64,000 nucleotides of DNA from assembly GCA_947624255.1 (NCBI GenBank), contig CANQJO010000003.1:32852-96851 (forward strand), given 5' to 3'. The translations under genes and the position numbers were made by a program. This document shows positions 1-11,339 of the stretch, one piece after another. Under the pieces are notes generated by a model, which did not search any database, had not been told where the DNA came from, and was given only the letters and a program-made list of their open reading frames with translations. Source of the DNA: an uncultured Ruminococcus sp. GTDB taxonomy: Bacteria; Bacillota; Clostridia; Oscillospirales; Ruminococcaceae. Positions within the stretch are counted from its first letter, which is position 1. Each line of letters opens with the position of its first letter.

Positions 1-1357
<1,357 letters not shown>

Positions 1358-1411
1358 GATGACCTATGATCTCCTTTTATAATTTTTGAATGAAGCTCCC
1401 GGTATGTCGGA

Positions 1412-1741
1412 TCAATCTCTTGAAGTGTCGTAGAATCTGCGCTCATCGGGATAAGCGTATCCCTGCTCCTCCATAGCGACCTTTTCCATGTAAGCGGACA
1501 TATCATCGCTGTCGAGTATTCTCTGAAGTTCGGAGTTATCCGCCTCGTAAGCGTCGATCTTCTCCTGGATGCTGTCCAGCTCACGCTGTTTTTCAGAGCA
1601 GTCGCTTTCGGTGCTGATAATGAGGGCAGCACAGCCTACGGCTACAGCGGCAGCGGCGAGCCTCACCAGCATACCGTTAAAGAGGATGCCTCTTTTTTCT
1701 TTTCTGAGCTTTTTTGCTTTTTTAGCCATAAGCGAGCTCAC
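1412..1741 (-). CDS. divIC: Septum formation initiator (DivIC/FtsB family)
   Basis: Basic N-terminus, one TM helix, coiled coil, C-terminal YMEKVAMEEQGYAYPDERRF; synteny. Confidence 0.8.
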   Translation of the reverse strand: MSSLMAKKAKKLRKEKRGILFNGMLVRLAAAAVAVGCAALIISTESDCSEKQRELDSIQEKIDAYEADNSELQRILDSDDMSAYMEKVAMEEQGYAYPDERRFYDTSRD

Positions 1742-1821
1742 GTCCTTTCACATGAGAGTGATAAAACATATCTCATATAATTATACTACAAAAGGCAGTA
1801 TGATAGCAAGAGTTTTATGTA

Positions 1822-2265
1822 TTATTTAATATAATTTACAGATTTTTTGGAATTTCCCACAAATTTTCCTGTGAATTTTTTACGCAGGAATATATACGCT
1901 CCCCATACGGGTGCGGTGACAGCTTTCAGAAGCGCTCTCAGCATAAAGGATATCTTTCTCATGAGAGCGCACACGATGTTCCCTAATGTGAGGAGATAAA
2001 GTACGAATCCGATGAGACTTCCGGCGGCATAACAAAATCTCAGCTCGCCACGTGCCGCAGCAGAAGAAAAGCTCAGCAGACAAAGTGCGAATATGCAGGA
2101 GAAGACGATATCCTCGATCATTACGAGCCATTTGTTATGCGGGAGAAGTATGCGTGCCGTCCGGAAAACGTCATACACCACGCCCATGAATGCACCGAGC
2201 AGACATGAGAGCCCGAAGAGAACAAGCTCCTCACTTACCGGGAAGAATGTTTCGGGGACGTTCAT
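1822..2265 (-). CDS. yabQ: Spore cortex biosynthesis protein YabQ
   Basis: Membrane protein with GVVYDVFRTAR...EDIVF...GELRF motifs; follows yabP. Confidence 0.88.
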   Translation of the reverse strand: MNVPETFFPVSEELVLFGLSCLLGAFMGVVYDVFRTARILLPHNKWLVMIEDIVFSCIFALCLLSFSSAAARGELRFCYAAGSLIGFVLYLLTLGNIVCALMRKISFMLRALLKAVTAPVWGAYIFLRKKFTGKFVGNSKKSVNYIK

Positions 2266-2540
2266 CGGAACAGCCTTCCCAGAGCCGAGATCGGACCCTT
2301 TCTATCCTTATCGCCGTAGATCAGGCTCCATATATCGCCGGAGACCGTCATATTGCCGTTCTCCACACTCATAGCCTCGATATGCAGCTCCCGTCCCTGA
2401 ATAGTCAGCTCTCCGAGTTCCGTGAACAGCGTTATCTCCCTTTCATCGAAGCTGTCCACATCGGTGATGCCCGAAATGCTCAGGCTTTTGCGGTTTTCAA
2501 GAATTATACCGTGATTTTTTTTTACAGTCTTTTCCTGCAT
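2262..2540 (-). CDS. yabP: Sporulation protein YabP
   Basis: LENRKSLSISGITDVDSFDEREITLFTELGELTIQGRELHI signature. Confidence 0.92.
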   Translation of the reverse strand: MQEKTVKKNHGIILENRKSLSISGITDVDSFDEREITLFTELGELTIQGRELHIEAMSVENGNMTVSGDIWSLIYGDKDRKGPISALGRLFR

Positions 2541-2572
2541 AAGCTCATCCTCCGTAAATCAGTCTACAGAAA

Positions 2573-2601
2573 ATTGTATGCAGGGACAAGCCGGGATATT
2601 A
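2573..2601 (-). promoter_or_regulatory. Sigma-E-type promoter of yabPQ
   Basis: Minus strand TAATATC-14 nt-CATACAAT, close to the B. subtilis sigE consensus; yabPQ is a sporulation operon; the -35 lies inside a small hairpin (agccgg/ccggct) just after the glnA stop. Confidence 0.65.
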
Positions 2602-2605
2602 CCGG

Positions 2606-4714
2606 CTATACGTTATAGATGATCTCGGAATAAGAGGGTATCGGCCACTGAGCGGAGGGGATATTCAGCTCTGTTTCGTCAGCTATCGAGCGCATGATAT
2701 CCATTTCCGCAAGAACGTTCCGGCGGAAAAATCTCGCCTGTTCAAGAACATTCTTTATGTTCACAGCTTTATTCACCAGATCTTCAAGCCGCTCTATTGA
2801 TTCGTAGAAGCGGTCGGACAGTGCACCCAGTTTTGCGGCGATCTTCTCCTCAGTGGCAGAGGTAACGCCCACCTGCTTTTTGACAGCTATAGAGCGGCAG
2901 AGTTTCTCCACGTATTCAAGCACTGCCGGCAGCAGCTGTTTGCGTGCCATTTCTATCATGGTGCGTGCCTCTATGCTTATTGTCTTTGAATATTTTTCAA
3001 GGTGGATCTCCTTGCGCGCTGTCAGCTCGCTCTGGTTATATATGCCGAATTTCCGCAGTATACGCAGATTCTTTTCATCCGTATAGTGAGGCATACAATC
3101 AACCGTTGAGGCATAGTTCGGCAGACCTCTCCGCTCAGCCTCTTTCACCCATTCGGGCGAGTAGCCGTCGCCGTTGAATATGATCCTCCTGTGATCTTTG
3201 AGAACGCTTTTCAGCAGTTTCTTGACCTCCGACTCAAAATTGTCAGAGCCTTTCAGCGGTTCAAGTATCTCTGTGAATTGACTCAGCTCCTCGGCAACGA
3301 TAGTGTTCAGGAGTACATTCGGACAGGCGATATTGTCTGATGAGCCTACCATTCTGAATTCAAACCGGTTTCCGGTAAACGCAAAGGGAGACGTTCTGTT
3401 GCGGTCGGTGGAATCCTTCGGGAAAGACGGCAGAGCGTTCACGCCGATGACGAATGTCTCATTCTGCGTTTTATAGACGGTGTCCTCCTCAATGGCTTTC
3501 AGCACAGCATCAAGCTCCTCCCCGAGAAACATGGAGATTATCGCCGGAGGAGCTTCGTCTGCTCCGAGGCGGTGATCGTTTCCGGCAGAGGCGGCAGAAA
3601 GTCTCATGAGATCGGCATATTCGTCAACGCCCTTTATAAGTGCGCAGAGTATCGTCAGAAACTGTAGATTCTCCATGGGAGTATCTCCCGGATCGAGAAG
3701 ATTCTGACCGTCATCAGTGGACATTGACCAGTTGTTGTGCTTTCCCGAGCCGTTGACACCCTCAAAGGGCTTTTCGTGCAGAAGACACACAAGACCGTGC
3801 CTCAGTGCGACTTTCTCCATGACCTCCATAGCGAGTTCGTTCTGGTCTGCGCCTAAATTTGACGTTGTAAATACGGGAGCCATTTCATGCTGTGCGGGAG
3901 CTACCTCGTTATGCTTTGTCTTTGAGAATATCCCCAGTTTCCACAGCTCCTCATCAAGGTCGGACATAAATGCGGCGATCCTTGGTTTGAGGTTGGCGAA
4001 ATACTGATCGTCAAGCTCCTGACCTTTTGGCGGATTAGCGCCGAAAAGCGTTCTTCCCGTCAATATGAGATCTTCACGCCGGTCGTACATTTTTTTATCT
4101 ATGAGGAAATACTCCTGCTCTGCGCCTACGGTCGATGTAACACGTGTCACATTCTCATTGCCGAAGAGCTTGAGGAATCGTACGGACGTTCTGCTGAGAG
4201 CCTCCATAGAGCGCAGCAGAGGGGTTTTTTTATCGAGAGCTTCTCCCGTATAGGAGACAAATACCGTAGGTATGTAGAGACTTCCCTCCTTGACAAAGCA
4301 GTATGAGGTCGGATCCCATGCCGTATAGCCTCTTGCGCTGCTGGTCCGGCGCAGACCTCCCGACGGAAATGAGGAGGCATCGGGTTCGCCCTTTACCAAG
4401 GATTTTCCTGAAAACTCCATAATTGCCATACCGTTTGCAGTCGGAGCGATAAAAGAGTCGTGCTTTTCTGCGGTCGAGCCTGTCATCGGCTGAAACCAGT
4501 GGGTATAGTGAGTTGCACCCTTTTCCACAGCCCATTCCTTGATCGTATTGGCAACAAAATCAGCGGTGGTCATATCAAGCGGTTCGCCGCCGTCAATAGT
4601 TTTTCGCAGTGTCTTGTAGATATTTTTCGGCAGCCTTGTTTTCATTACCTCATCGTTGAAAACGTTGCAGGCAAAGATATCGGGAATATTTGCGTTCATA
4701 AAAGCCTCCTGCAA
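2606..4714 (-). CDS. glnA: Glutamine synthetase type III
   Basis: 702 aa; [79 protein letters not shown]. Confidence 0.96.
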   Translation of the reverse strand: MQEAFMNANIPDIFACNVFNDEVMKTRLPKNIYKTLRKTIDGGEPLDMTTADFVANTIKEWAVEKGATHYTHWFQPMTGSTAEKHDSFIAPTANGMAIMEFSGKSLVKGEPDASSFPSGGLRRTSSARGYTAWDPTSYCFVKEGSLYIPTVFVSYTGEALDKKTPLLRSMEALSRTSVRFLKLFGNENVTRVTSTVGAEQEYFLIDKKMYDRREDLILTGRTLFGANPPKGQELDDQYFANLKPRIAAFMSDLDEELWKLGIFSKTKHNEVAPAQHEMAPVFTTSNLGADQNELAMEVMEKVALRHGLVCLLHEKPFEGVNGSGKHNNWSMSTDDGQNLLDPGDTPMENLQFLTILCALIKGVDEYADLMRLSAASAGNDHRLGADEAPPAIISMFLGEELDAVLKAIEEDTVYKTQNETFVIGVNALPSFPKDSTDRNRTSPFAFTGNRFEFRMVGSSDNIACPNVLLNTIVAEELSQFTEILEPLKGSDNFESEVKKLLKSVLKDHRRIIFNGDGYSPEWVKEAERRGLPNYASTVDCMPHYTDEKNLRILRKFGIYNQSELTARKEIHLEKYSKTISIEARTMIEMARKQLLPAVLEYVEKLCRSIAVKKQVGVTSATEEKIAAKLGALSDRFYESIERLEDLVNKAVNIKNVLEQARFFRRNVLAEMDIMRSIADETELNIPSAQWPIPSYSEIIYNV

Positions 4715-4787
4715 GAAATAGTTACAGGCAGTCGGGACTACCCATGCTTTATTACAGCATTAAAAAATAAATAAATGATGTATGTTT

Positions 4788-4816
4788 ATTATAGCATAAT
4801 GCAGAAAAAATGTCAA
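4788..4816 (-). promoter_or_regulatory. Sigma-A promoter of glnA
   Basis: TTGACA-17-TATAAT on the minus strand. Confidence 0.75.
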
Positions 4817-4926
4817 TGATATTTGAAAGCAGCACTCTTATCAATAATTTTTAGCTCTATTATGCACAAAACCTTGTATAAAAAGCTGATAAATGATTAC
4901 ATTTCAGAAACTTTTTGCAATATTGC

Positions 4927-4955
4927 TTGAAATTATGAATATTCGGTGATATAAT
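4927..4955 (+). promoter_or_regulatory. Sigma-A promoter of lipoprotein array
   Basis: TTGAAA-17-TATAAT. Confidence 0.65.
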
Positions 4956-5028
4956 ATTGTTGTCCTGCTCATTTGTTCCGGGGCTGTTTTGTGCGGAGAT
5001 CCCGCAATATCGTCAAAGGAGGAATACG

Positions 5029-5655
5029 ATGAAAAGGCTCACAGCATTGCTCCTCTCCGCATTGATGCTCGCAGCGCTATGTATCGGCTGCGCCGGCAAA
5101 AATAACAGCATCATCGGCAAATGGAGCTATTCCGATACTGACACCTACGGAGGATATATTTTCGGGGATAACGGAAAGGTCAGCATTTTCCATGATATTT
5201 CAGAGTCGATCCATTTTGAGAACGATGCTTTTGTATTCGCTGATAATCGTATTGAAGGCAGCGGCATCTCTTATGACGGTTCGCTCCTTACCGTTGAAGA
5301 CTCCGGTCAGTCTCTTATGGAGCTGCGGCGCACAGGTGAGGATTCTCCGGGAAATAAAGACGGCGAATACAGGCTTGAGGGCGGCATCATGCTGAGTTCA
5401 CTGAAGCTCTCGATGGATATCCCCGTTGATTCCGAAGCAGTGATCCTGCTCGATATATACGGCAGCAGCGTTACTATCACCGCTGTAGATATCATGGATT
5501 ATTCCTATGACGGCAAACTGCTCAAATTCAGCGGCTATCCCGCAGGTCAGGGCGCTTCTGAGGAGAGCTCGGGCAATGAGACAGTTATCTCCGGAGATGA
5601 AATGCGTATAAAGCGCTCTGACGGCAGCGAACGTACATTGAAAAAATGCGGCTGA
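5029..5655 (+). CDS. Lipoprotein, tandem paralog family member 1
   Basis: ATG 5029 after aaggagg; lipobox CIGC; IGKW...YDGSLL...DGEYRL pattern shared with neighbours. Confidence 0.8.
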   Translation: MKRLTALLLSALMLAALCIGCAGKNNSIIGKWSYSDTDTYGGYIFGDNGKVSIFHDISESIHFENDAFVFADNRIEGSGISYDGSLLTVEDSGQSLMELRRTGEDSPGNKDGEYRLEGGIMLSSLKLSMDIPVDSEAVILLDIYGSSVTITAVDIMDYSYDGKLLKFSGYPAGQGASEESSGNETVISGDEMRIKRSDGSERTLKKCG

Positions 5656-5871
5656 TCTAAAAGTTGAAGCGGCAGAAATGCCTTTCATACAGCGATCCGC
5701 TTGAAAAAATGATATGGGAGGGGAAAATAAAAAGAATGTAAGCGGTATCGTCCCGGCGTATGTGCCTCTCTGAGGCATACGAAAAATCGACCAAAAAGTG
5801 ACTGACACAAATTACATGAAACAGCGGAAATATTCCCAAAGATCTGAAATTGATAAAAGGAGAAAATTACT

Positions 5872-6819
5872 ATGAAAAAATTATTGGCTATGCTTATGGC
5901 TTGCATGACACTCACCTGCGCTTTCGCTTCATGCGGCAAGGACAAGGACGATGACAAGGAGGATACAAAAAATTCTGTATCCGACAGCAAGGACAAGGAT
6001 TCCGACAAAGACAGCGATGAGGACTCCGACAAGGACAGCGACGAGGACTCCGACAAGGATAGTGACAAGGATTCCGACAAGGACAGTGACGAGGATTCCG
6101 ACAAAGACAGTGACAAGGACTCCGACAAAGACAGTGACAAGGATTCCGACAAGGACTCCGACAAGGACAGCGACAAGGATTCCGACAAGAACAGCGACAA
6201 AGACAGCGACAAGAATTCCGATAAGGACGATGATAAGAACAACGATAAGGGCAGCAGCTCGATCGGTTCAAGCAAGCTCTCGGAGAAGGATCTCATCGGT
6301 GAATGGGATATGGATGATGAAGAAATGTCCGGAATGGGCATAAACATGGGCTTTGAGTTTGAAAAAGGCGGCACAGGCTCTATCTACATTGATGCATCCG
6401 AAATATTTGTTTTCAACGGCAAAGATTTTATTGTAATGGGTGATACCGTACCTGCGGACGAATGGTCCTTTGACGGCACAACTCTCACTGCTGATGATTC
6501 CGGCGAGACCGTAAGCTTCAAGAAGACGGAGTCTATAGGCTCAAGCAAATCAGACGGACTGTACTCTCTCTCTGCCGATGCTGCCGAGGAAATGGGTGTG
6601 GGAGATTCAGCACTCATTGAATTCATCGGCGACACAAGCCGTATCATAATGAAAGACGCTATCAGCTACGAGATCAAGGGCGATAAGATCGGGCTTACGG
6701 CTTCTGATATATTCGGCTCGGGCGGTGGAGAAACTTCCGAAATGAGCGTTGAATTCAGCGGCAGCAAGATGACACTCACCGATGAAGACGGCGAATCAAT
6801 GACATTTGTAAGACGGTAA
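5872..6819 (+). CDS. Lipoprotein with DKDS repeat stalk, family member 2
   Basis: RBS aaggag; lipobox FASC; 19 D[KE][DN]S units; IGEW...FDGTTL...DGLYSL domain. Confidence 0.85.
   Translation: MKKLLAMLMACMTLTCAFASCGKDKDDDKEDTKNSVSDSKDKDSDKDSDEDSDKDSDEDSDKDSDKDSDKDSDEDSDKDSDKDSDKDSDKDSDKDSDKDSDKDSDKNSDKDSDKNSDKDDDKNNDKGSSSIGSSKLSEKDLIGEWDMDDEEMSGMGINMGFEFEKGGTGSIYIDASEIFVFNGKDFIVMGDTVPADEWSFDGTTLTADDSGETVSFKKTESIGSSKSDGLYSLSADAAEEMGVGDSALIEFIGDTSRIIMKDAISYEIKGDKIGLTASDIFGSGGGETSEMSVEFSGSKMTLTDEDGESMTFVRR
5992..6252 (+). repeat. Coding tandem repeat, 12-bp unit (GAYRAGRAY + Ser codon), 19 units plus 2-3 degenerate ones
   Basis: Units read directly from 5992; Ser codons mostly alternate TCC/AGY, giving a 24-bp super-period. 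Confidence 0.95.
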
Positions 6820-6827
6820 TTTTAGGG

Positions 6828-6855
6828 CAGCACCGCATAAGGGTGCGGTACTGCT
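6828..6855 (+). terminator. Stem-loop between lipoprotein genes 2 and 3
   Basis: gcag-c-accgca/taaggg/tgcggt-a-ctgc followed by ttt. Confidence 0.5.
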
Positions 6856-6892
6856 TTAAGGCAAATCTGTAATATACAAGGTGGAGATCTGT

Positions 6893-7990
6893 ATGAAAAA
6901 ATTATTGGCTATGCTTACGGCTTGCATGACACTCACCTGCGTTTTTGCATCATGCGGCAAGGATGAGGACGATGACAAGGAGGATACAAAAAATTCCGTA
7001 TCCGACAGCAAGGATAACGACAAGGACAGCGGCAAAGACGAGGAGAAAAGCACTGAGGCAAAGAAGACCGAAGCCGCTTCCAAGGCTGAGGATAAAAAAG
7101 ATGATGATGATGAAAAGGACGAGGATTCACCGCTCAATGCAAAGCCGGATAAAAGCGCCTCTGAAAGCGATATAGTCGGCAAATGGGAGATGAAGGAGAG
7201 CTATTATGAAGGAGAACTGATAACCGATCTGTCAATGGGCTTTGAGTTTTATGACAACGGTATTGTCGGATATTATCAGGATGACGAATATATATCTGCT
7301 GATTGGACATTGTCGGACGGCATTGTCACCTATACCGAAATTGGAGGCGATGCGTTAGAGCTTATCTACTCAGATGATACGCTTATTTCAACTGACGGAG
7401 AATCGTATTTTCTGATTGAAAAGGTTTCATCATTAGATATCGACTACAGCCCTGAAGATGCTTTTGAGGACTACTGGTCAGTATACGGTGATGACAATTT
7501 TGTATTTCTTTTCGATGACGGCAATTTTACATTGTGCGAAACAGATGTAAACGATGATGATTGCTACTTTGATGAGGACGGAAACTTTTACATGGATGAT
7601 AAGCCGACTTCGGATGATTGTGTGTCATTTGACGGTACAAATCTTGTGATAGATCACGAAAGATCCGGTTTGTATTTGAAAATGAAAAGGATCGGCGATA
7701 TCGGTTCCGGTAAATACGATGGAATATATACCCTTATCAGAAACAGTACTGATGATTTTGAAGGTCAAGATGTTGAAATATTGATAATAAACGGCAGATG
7801 CTATGAAGAGGATAAAAATCTCGGAACATACAGCTTTGATAAAGGTGTGCTCACGATCGAACCATCAGGTGACGACACAGGAGAATTAGGATCAGGCATT
7901 ACCCTGAGAGTCGGCTGCACCGATGATGATGAAATATACCTGATAGATGAAGACGGCGAAGAAATCAGATTGGAAAGACAAGACCGGTAA
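6893..7990 (+). CDS. Acidic lipoprotein, family member 3
   Basis: Lipobox FASC; first 122 nt differ from member 2 at only 7 positions; VGKW...FDGTNL...YDGIYTL. Confidence 0.85.
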   Translation: MKKLLAMLTACMTLTCVFASCGKDEDDDKEDTKNSVSDSKDNDKDSGKDEEKSTEAKKTEAASKAEDKKDDDDEKDEDSPLNAKPDKSASESDIVGKWEMKESYYEGELITDLSMGFEFYDNGIVGYYQDDEYISADWTLSDGIVTYTEIGGDALELIYSDDTLISTDGESYFLIEKVSSLDIDYSPEDAFEDYWSVYGDDNFVFLFDDGNFTLCETDVNDDDCYFDEDGNFYMDDKPTSDDCVSFDGTNLVIDHERSGLYLKMKRIGDIGSGKYDGIYTLIRNSTDDFEGQDVEILIINGRCYEEDKNLGTYSFDKGVLTIEPSGDDTGELGSGITLRVGCTDDDEIYLIDEDGEEIRLERQDR

Positions 7991-8027
7991 GGCTTTAATT
8001 ATTATAATATTCAGGGAGAAGATCTAT

Positions 8028-8672
8028 ATGAAAAAGATGGTATCATTTTTAACGGCACTCACACTTATGGCAGGCTTCACTGCCTGCGGAGACAAGGACA
8101 GCGGCGAAAAGAAGGAGAAATCCGACGGCATCGAGGGCTCATGGGGCATGGAATCAGACGATACTGCCGTAACTATGGTCTTTGATGACGGAAAGATCTC
8201 AGCTGCCGTAGTTGTTCCCGATTTGCTTGAATTTGACGGCGACAAGGTTTTGTTCGGCGGTGAGGAGCTCAGCGAGGACGACTATGAATTTGACGGCAAG
8301 AAATTCAGCTGCTCGATGCAAGGTCAGAGCATTCTTGAAATGGAAAAAACAGGTGGCGGAGAAGACAACTACGACGGTGAATACAATATCACCGGAGGTG
8401 TGTTCAGCTCAATACTTTCAAGCGCATTAGGCGCTGAGGAAACTGATGCTGATATGTCACTTGTCGTTGCCGGTGATACAACAACATTCGTATTAAATGA
8501 TATAGCCGACTATGAGGCTAAAGACGGAAAGCTCACTATCTCCGGTGTAATTTCATTTATAAGCGATGCAGCGGACGGTGAAGATGAGGCAACCGTAGAA
8601 TACAAGATCAACGGAGACACACTGACTCTCACGAACGAAGACGGTGAAGAAACAGAACTGACCAGAAAATGA
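8028..8672 (+). CDS. Lipoprotein, family member 4
   Basis: ATG 8028 after gggaga; lipobox FTAC; IEGSW...FDGKKF...YDGEYNI. Confidence 0.82.
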   Translation: MKKMVSFLTALTLMAGFTACGDKDSGEKKEKSDGIEGSWGMESDDTAVTMVFDDGKISAAVVVPDLLEFDGDKVLFGGEELSEDDYEFDGKKFSCSMQGQSILEMEKTGGGEDNYDGEYNITGGVFSSILSSALGAEETDADMSLVVAGDTTTFVLNDIADYEAKDGKLTISGVISFISDAADGEDEATVEYKINGDTLTLTNEDGEETELTRK

Positions 8673-8701
8673 TCTCACCGTGACCATCGGAGGATAATTT
8701 T

Positions 8702-9535
8702 ATGAAACGCTTTATTGCTTTTCTCCTTGCCTGCATGACATTCTCTTGTGTCCTTGCCTCGTGCGGCTCGGCAGACGATGAATATGCAGGAGCATTAAGC
8801 TCCGACAGCGATGATAGAAATGCTCCGGAGGAAGAAAAAACCTCTGAAAAAGATAAATCCTCAGAGAAAGATAAAACCTCCGAGAAAGACACAACCTCTG
8901 AGAAAAACAAAACCACAGAGAAAGACACAACCTCAGAGAGAGACACAACCTCAGAGAGAGACACAACCTCAGAGAAGAATACCACTGCCACGATCACAGA
9001 GCCTGTCACCGAAGAAAAGAAGCCGCTTATGGAAATTCCGTTTAATGCCGGAGATGTTCCGTTTCAATCGGGACATCTCACAGACGATGGCAGCTCCAAA
9101 TGTGTGTATTCCATGTGGTTAGACATTTCACAAAATAAGGACCTTGTCTTCAACGGAGAATTTGTAAAATTCAGATTCAAGGTGAGCCGGAACGCTCCGC
9201 AGGGAGTATATCCCATGGATATTAAGTTTGACGGCTCAGATGTGAACGGTATAAGCTGCAATGATAAGGTGAACACGATCAGCGGAAACATAGGCGTGAA
9301 AACACCCGTGACAGCTCAGGAAAAAATGACCGGATCCACAGTGTATGCCGAAAATGTCACCGCCGAAGCAGGCAGCGAGATCGAATATATCGTCAGCTTT
9401 CAGGATAATCCCGGAATTGCCGCATTTATCATCTATCTGAATTATAATGCGGATATTTTTGAATATCTCGGCTGCGAGCCGGTGGGAGAATTCAAGGAAG
9501 CGGCAAATAAGCTCACCACGGGCAGCATCTCATAA
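8702..9535 (+). CDS. Lipoprotein with T/S/E/K hexapeptide stalk and cohesin-like C-terminal domain (apparently permuted)
   Basis: Lipobox LASC; xTSEKD repeats aa 46-95; cohesin-like motifs FNGEFVKFRFKV..APQGVYP and NVTAEAGSEIEY..NPGIAAF..LNYN. Confidence 0.7.
   Translation: MKRFIAFLLACMTFSCVLASCGSADDEYAGALSSDSDDRNAPEEEKTSEKDKSSEKDKTSEKDTTSEKNKTTEKDTTSERDTTSERDTTSEKNTTATITEPVTEEKKPLMEIPFNAGDVPFQSGHLTDDGSSKCVYSMWLDISQNKDLVFNGEFVKFRFKVSRNAPQGVYPMDIKFDGSDVNGISCNDKVNTISGNIGVKTPVTAQEKMTGSTVYAENVTAEAGSEIEYIVSFQDNPGIAAFIIYLNYNADIFEYLGCEPVGEFKEAANKLTTGSIS
8837..8986 (+). repeat. Coding tandem repeat, 18-bp unit (e.g. acaacctcagagagagac), about 8 units
   Basis: KTSEKD/KSSEKD/TTSERD units in the translation. 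Confidence 0.88.
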
Positions 9536-9560
9536 ATACTTATCAGCAGTCATAATACTG

Positions 9561-9706
9561 AAAAACCGTGAAAAATTTGCGGACAGACCATGCATTTTAC
9601 AAGGAAAAGGAACGAAGCCGTACCGATGTATGCCGAGTCACTTTGACGCAGTAAAAGGTGCGGGACCTTCGCAAAGGTTCCCGGTTTTTAGAGTGAGATC
9701 GGTATA
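9561..9706 (+). repeat. Dispersed structured repeat, long form (copy A)
   Basis: Shares acgaagccgtacc, agtcactttga, agtaaaaggtgc and ttttaga..tga..gatcggta with 24763-24926. Confidence 0.85.
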
Positions 9707-9745
9707 AAATCACGGGAAGCAGGCTTCCTGTCTGGAGGATTTTAA

Positions 9746-11077
9746 ATGATAGTGCAGCTAATACTGCAAATTATCCTTATAGCTCTTAACGCTGTCTTTG
9801 CCTGTGCAGAGATAGCAGTAATATCCATAAATGATACACACCTTGAAAAGCTCGCTGCGAGCGGCAATAAGCGAGCCGTCCGTCTGAAGCGTCTCACCGA
9901 GAGTCCCACACGCTTTCTTGCTACGATACAGGTAGCGGTGACGCTCTCCGGATTCATCGGCGCTGCTTTTGCAGCCGACAGCTTTGCCGAGATCCCGGTG
10001 AGAGCGATACTGAAAACGGGTATCTCTGTCAGTGAAAGCGTGCTGCGGTCGGTTTCGGTAGTGCTGGTAACTCTTGTGCTGTCATATTTCACACTTGTGT
10101 TCGGAGAACTCGTTCCCAAGCGTGTGGCAATGAAACACTCGGAAAAGCTGGCACTCGGCATGAGCGGCTTTATTGAACTCGTGTCAAAGATATCTGCTCC
10201 GCTTGTATGGCTGCTGAATATCTCGGCGAACGGCGTACTGCGCCTTATGGGAATTGATCCGGAGGCGGAGGAGGATACCGTCACTGAAGAGGAAATACTT
10301 ATGATGTCAGATGCAGGTGCTGAAAAGGGTACTATTGACGAGGACGAAAACCGTATCATAAAGAACGTCTTTGCATTTGACGATATGACTGCCGGTCAGA
10401 TATGCACTCACAGGACAGATGTCTCCGTACTCTGGAGCAATGACGATATCAGCGTATGGGAGGATACTATCCACCGGACACGCCATTCGATCTTTCCCGT
10501 GTGCGGTGAAAGCGTGGATAATATCGTGGGAGTGCTTAATGCTAAGGACTACTTCCGCCTGGATGACAAGAGCCGTGAGAATATAATGCAGAACGCCGTC
10601 ACCGAGCCTTATTATGTTCACGAGACGATGAAGGCTGACAGACTCTTCCAACAGATGAGGCAGAGCGGCGCAGCGCATTTCGCTGTAGTCGTTGATGAAT
10701 ACGGCGGAATGAGCGGCATTATCACCGTGACTGACCTTGCGGAGCAGCTCATAGGCGATTTTGCCGATGATGATGACGGCGATGAGCCGAGGTTTGAACA
10801 GATAGATGACAATAGCTGGATCGTTCCGGGAATGATGTCTCTGAGCCAGCTCAGCGATGAGCTTGATATCACTCTTCCGGCGGATAAGTACGACACTCTC
10901 GGAGGCTACGTGATCGCTTTGCTCGGAGAGATCCCAAAGGACGGCACTCAGGTAAGCCTTGAGACAGACGGACTCCACATTCTTGTCCGGGAAGTAAAGC
11001 ATCACCGGATAGAGGTCTGTACAGTGGAGAAAATAAATACCACCTCTGATAAAGATGACAATGCAGATCCGCAGTAA
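9746..11077 (+). CDS. HlyC/CorC family transporter (CNNM + CBS pair + CorC_HlyC)
   Basis: LNAVFACAEIAVIS, FGELVPKRVA, CBS motifs, VVDEYGGMSGIIT, DTLGGYV. Confidence 0.93.
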   Translation: MIVQLILQIILIALNAVFACAEIAVISINDTHLEKLAASGNKRAVRLKRLTESPTRFLATIQVAVTLSGFIGAAFAADSFAEIPVRAILKTGISVSESVLRSVSVVLVTLVLSYFTLVFGELVPKRVAMKHSEKLALGMSGFIELVSKISAPLVWLLNISANGVLRLMGIDPEAEEDTVTEEEILMMSDAGAEKGTIDEDENRIIKNVFAFDDMTAGQICTHRTDVSVLWSNDDISVWEDTIHRTRHSIFPVCGESVDNIVGVLNAKDYFRLDDKSRENIMQNAVTEPYYVHETMKADRLFQQMRQSGAAHFAVVVDEYGGMSGIITVTDLAEQLIGDFADDDDGDEPRFEQIDDNSWIVPGMMSLSQLSDELDITLPADKYDTLGGYVIALLGEIPKDGTQVSLETDGLHILVREVKHHRIEVCTVEKINTTSDKDDNADPQ

Positions 11078-11167
11078 CCTTAAATATAATTTATGTTCGG
11101 CATCCTTGATGAAGTACAGAATTACACTCCAAGTTGATATATTCGTGCTTGTCTGTCAATCAATGAT

Positions 11168-11208
11168 ATTATAGTGAACGTCAAAAATAATTTGACATTC
11201 ACTATAAT
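11168..11208. repeat. 18-bp-arm palindrome (copy 1)
   Basis: attatagtgaacgtcaaa-aataa-tttgacattcactataat with one mismatch; 19 bp identical to 24649-24667. Confidence 0.85.
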
Positions 11209-11271
11209 TTATTTTTTAAAGTGCCTCGCACATCCGTACGCTTATGCTTGCTCGTGACACTTGACTTACAC

Positions 11272-11300
11272 TTGACTTGTTTCTTAAATAATGGTATAAT
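11272..11300 (+). promoter_or_regulatory. Sigma-A promoter of thyX operon
   Basis: TTGACT-17-TATAAT; the -35 lies in an 11-bp tandem duplication (acacttgactt x2). Confidence 0.7.
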
Positions 11301-11339
11301 TATATTAAGTATCAATTTGTAAAAGGAGGATGCCGGAAA

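Noticed and set aside
5660-5790. T-box-like fragments (cagcga..., agcggtat-cgtccc) and hairpins before lipoprotein 2
   Set aside because: No UGGNACC bulge, no antiterminator helix between the halves and no recognisable Stem I; the downstream gene is not amino-acid related.
5992-6252. Regular short repeats that could look like a CRISPR array
   Set aside because: Contiguous 12-bp units without unique spacers, in frame within a gene; no cas genes in the window.
5685-6374. Ser/Leu-rich, Cys/Arg-rich and Thr/Arg-rich ORFs in other frames (also 8629..9009 and 8811..9122)
   Set aside because: Alternative-frame readouts of coding tandem repeats; the lipobox-bearing frames have RBSs and are the real genes.
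9561-9720. Metal riboswitch (M-box, NiCo, yybP-ykoY) upstream of the CorC/HlyC gene
   Set aside because: Consensus nucleotides of those families are not present; the segment is better explained by the dispersed repeat.
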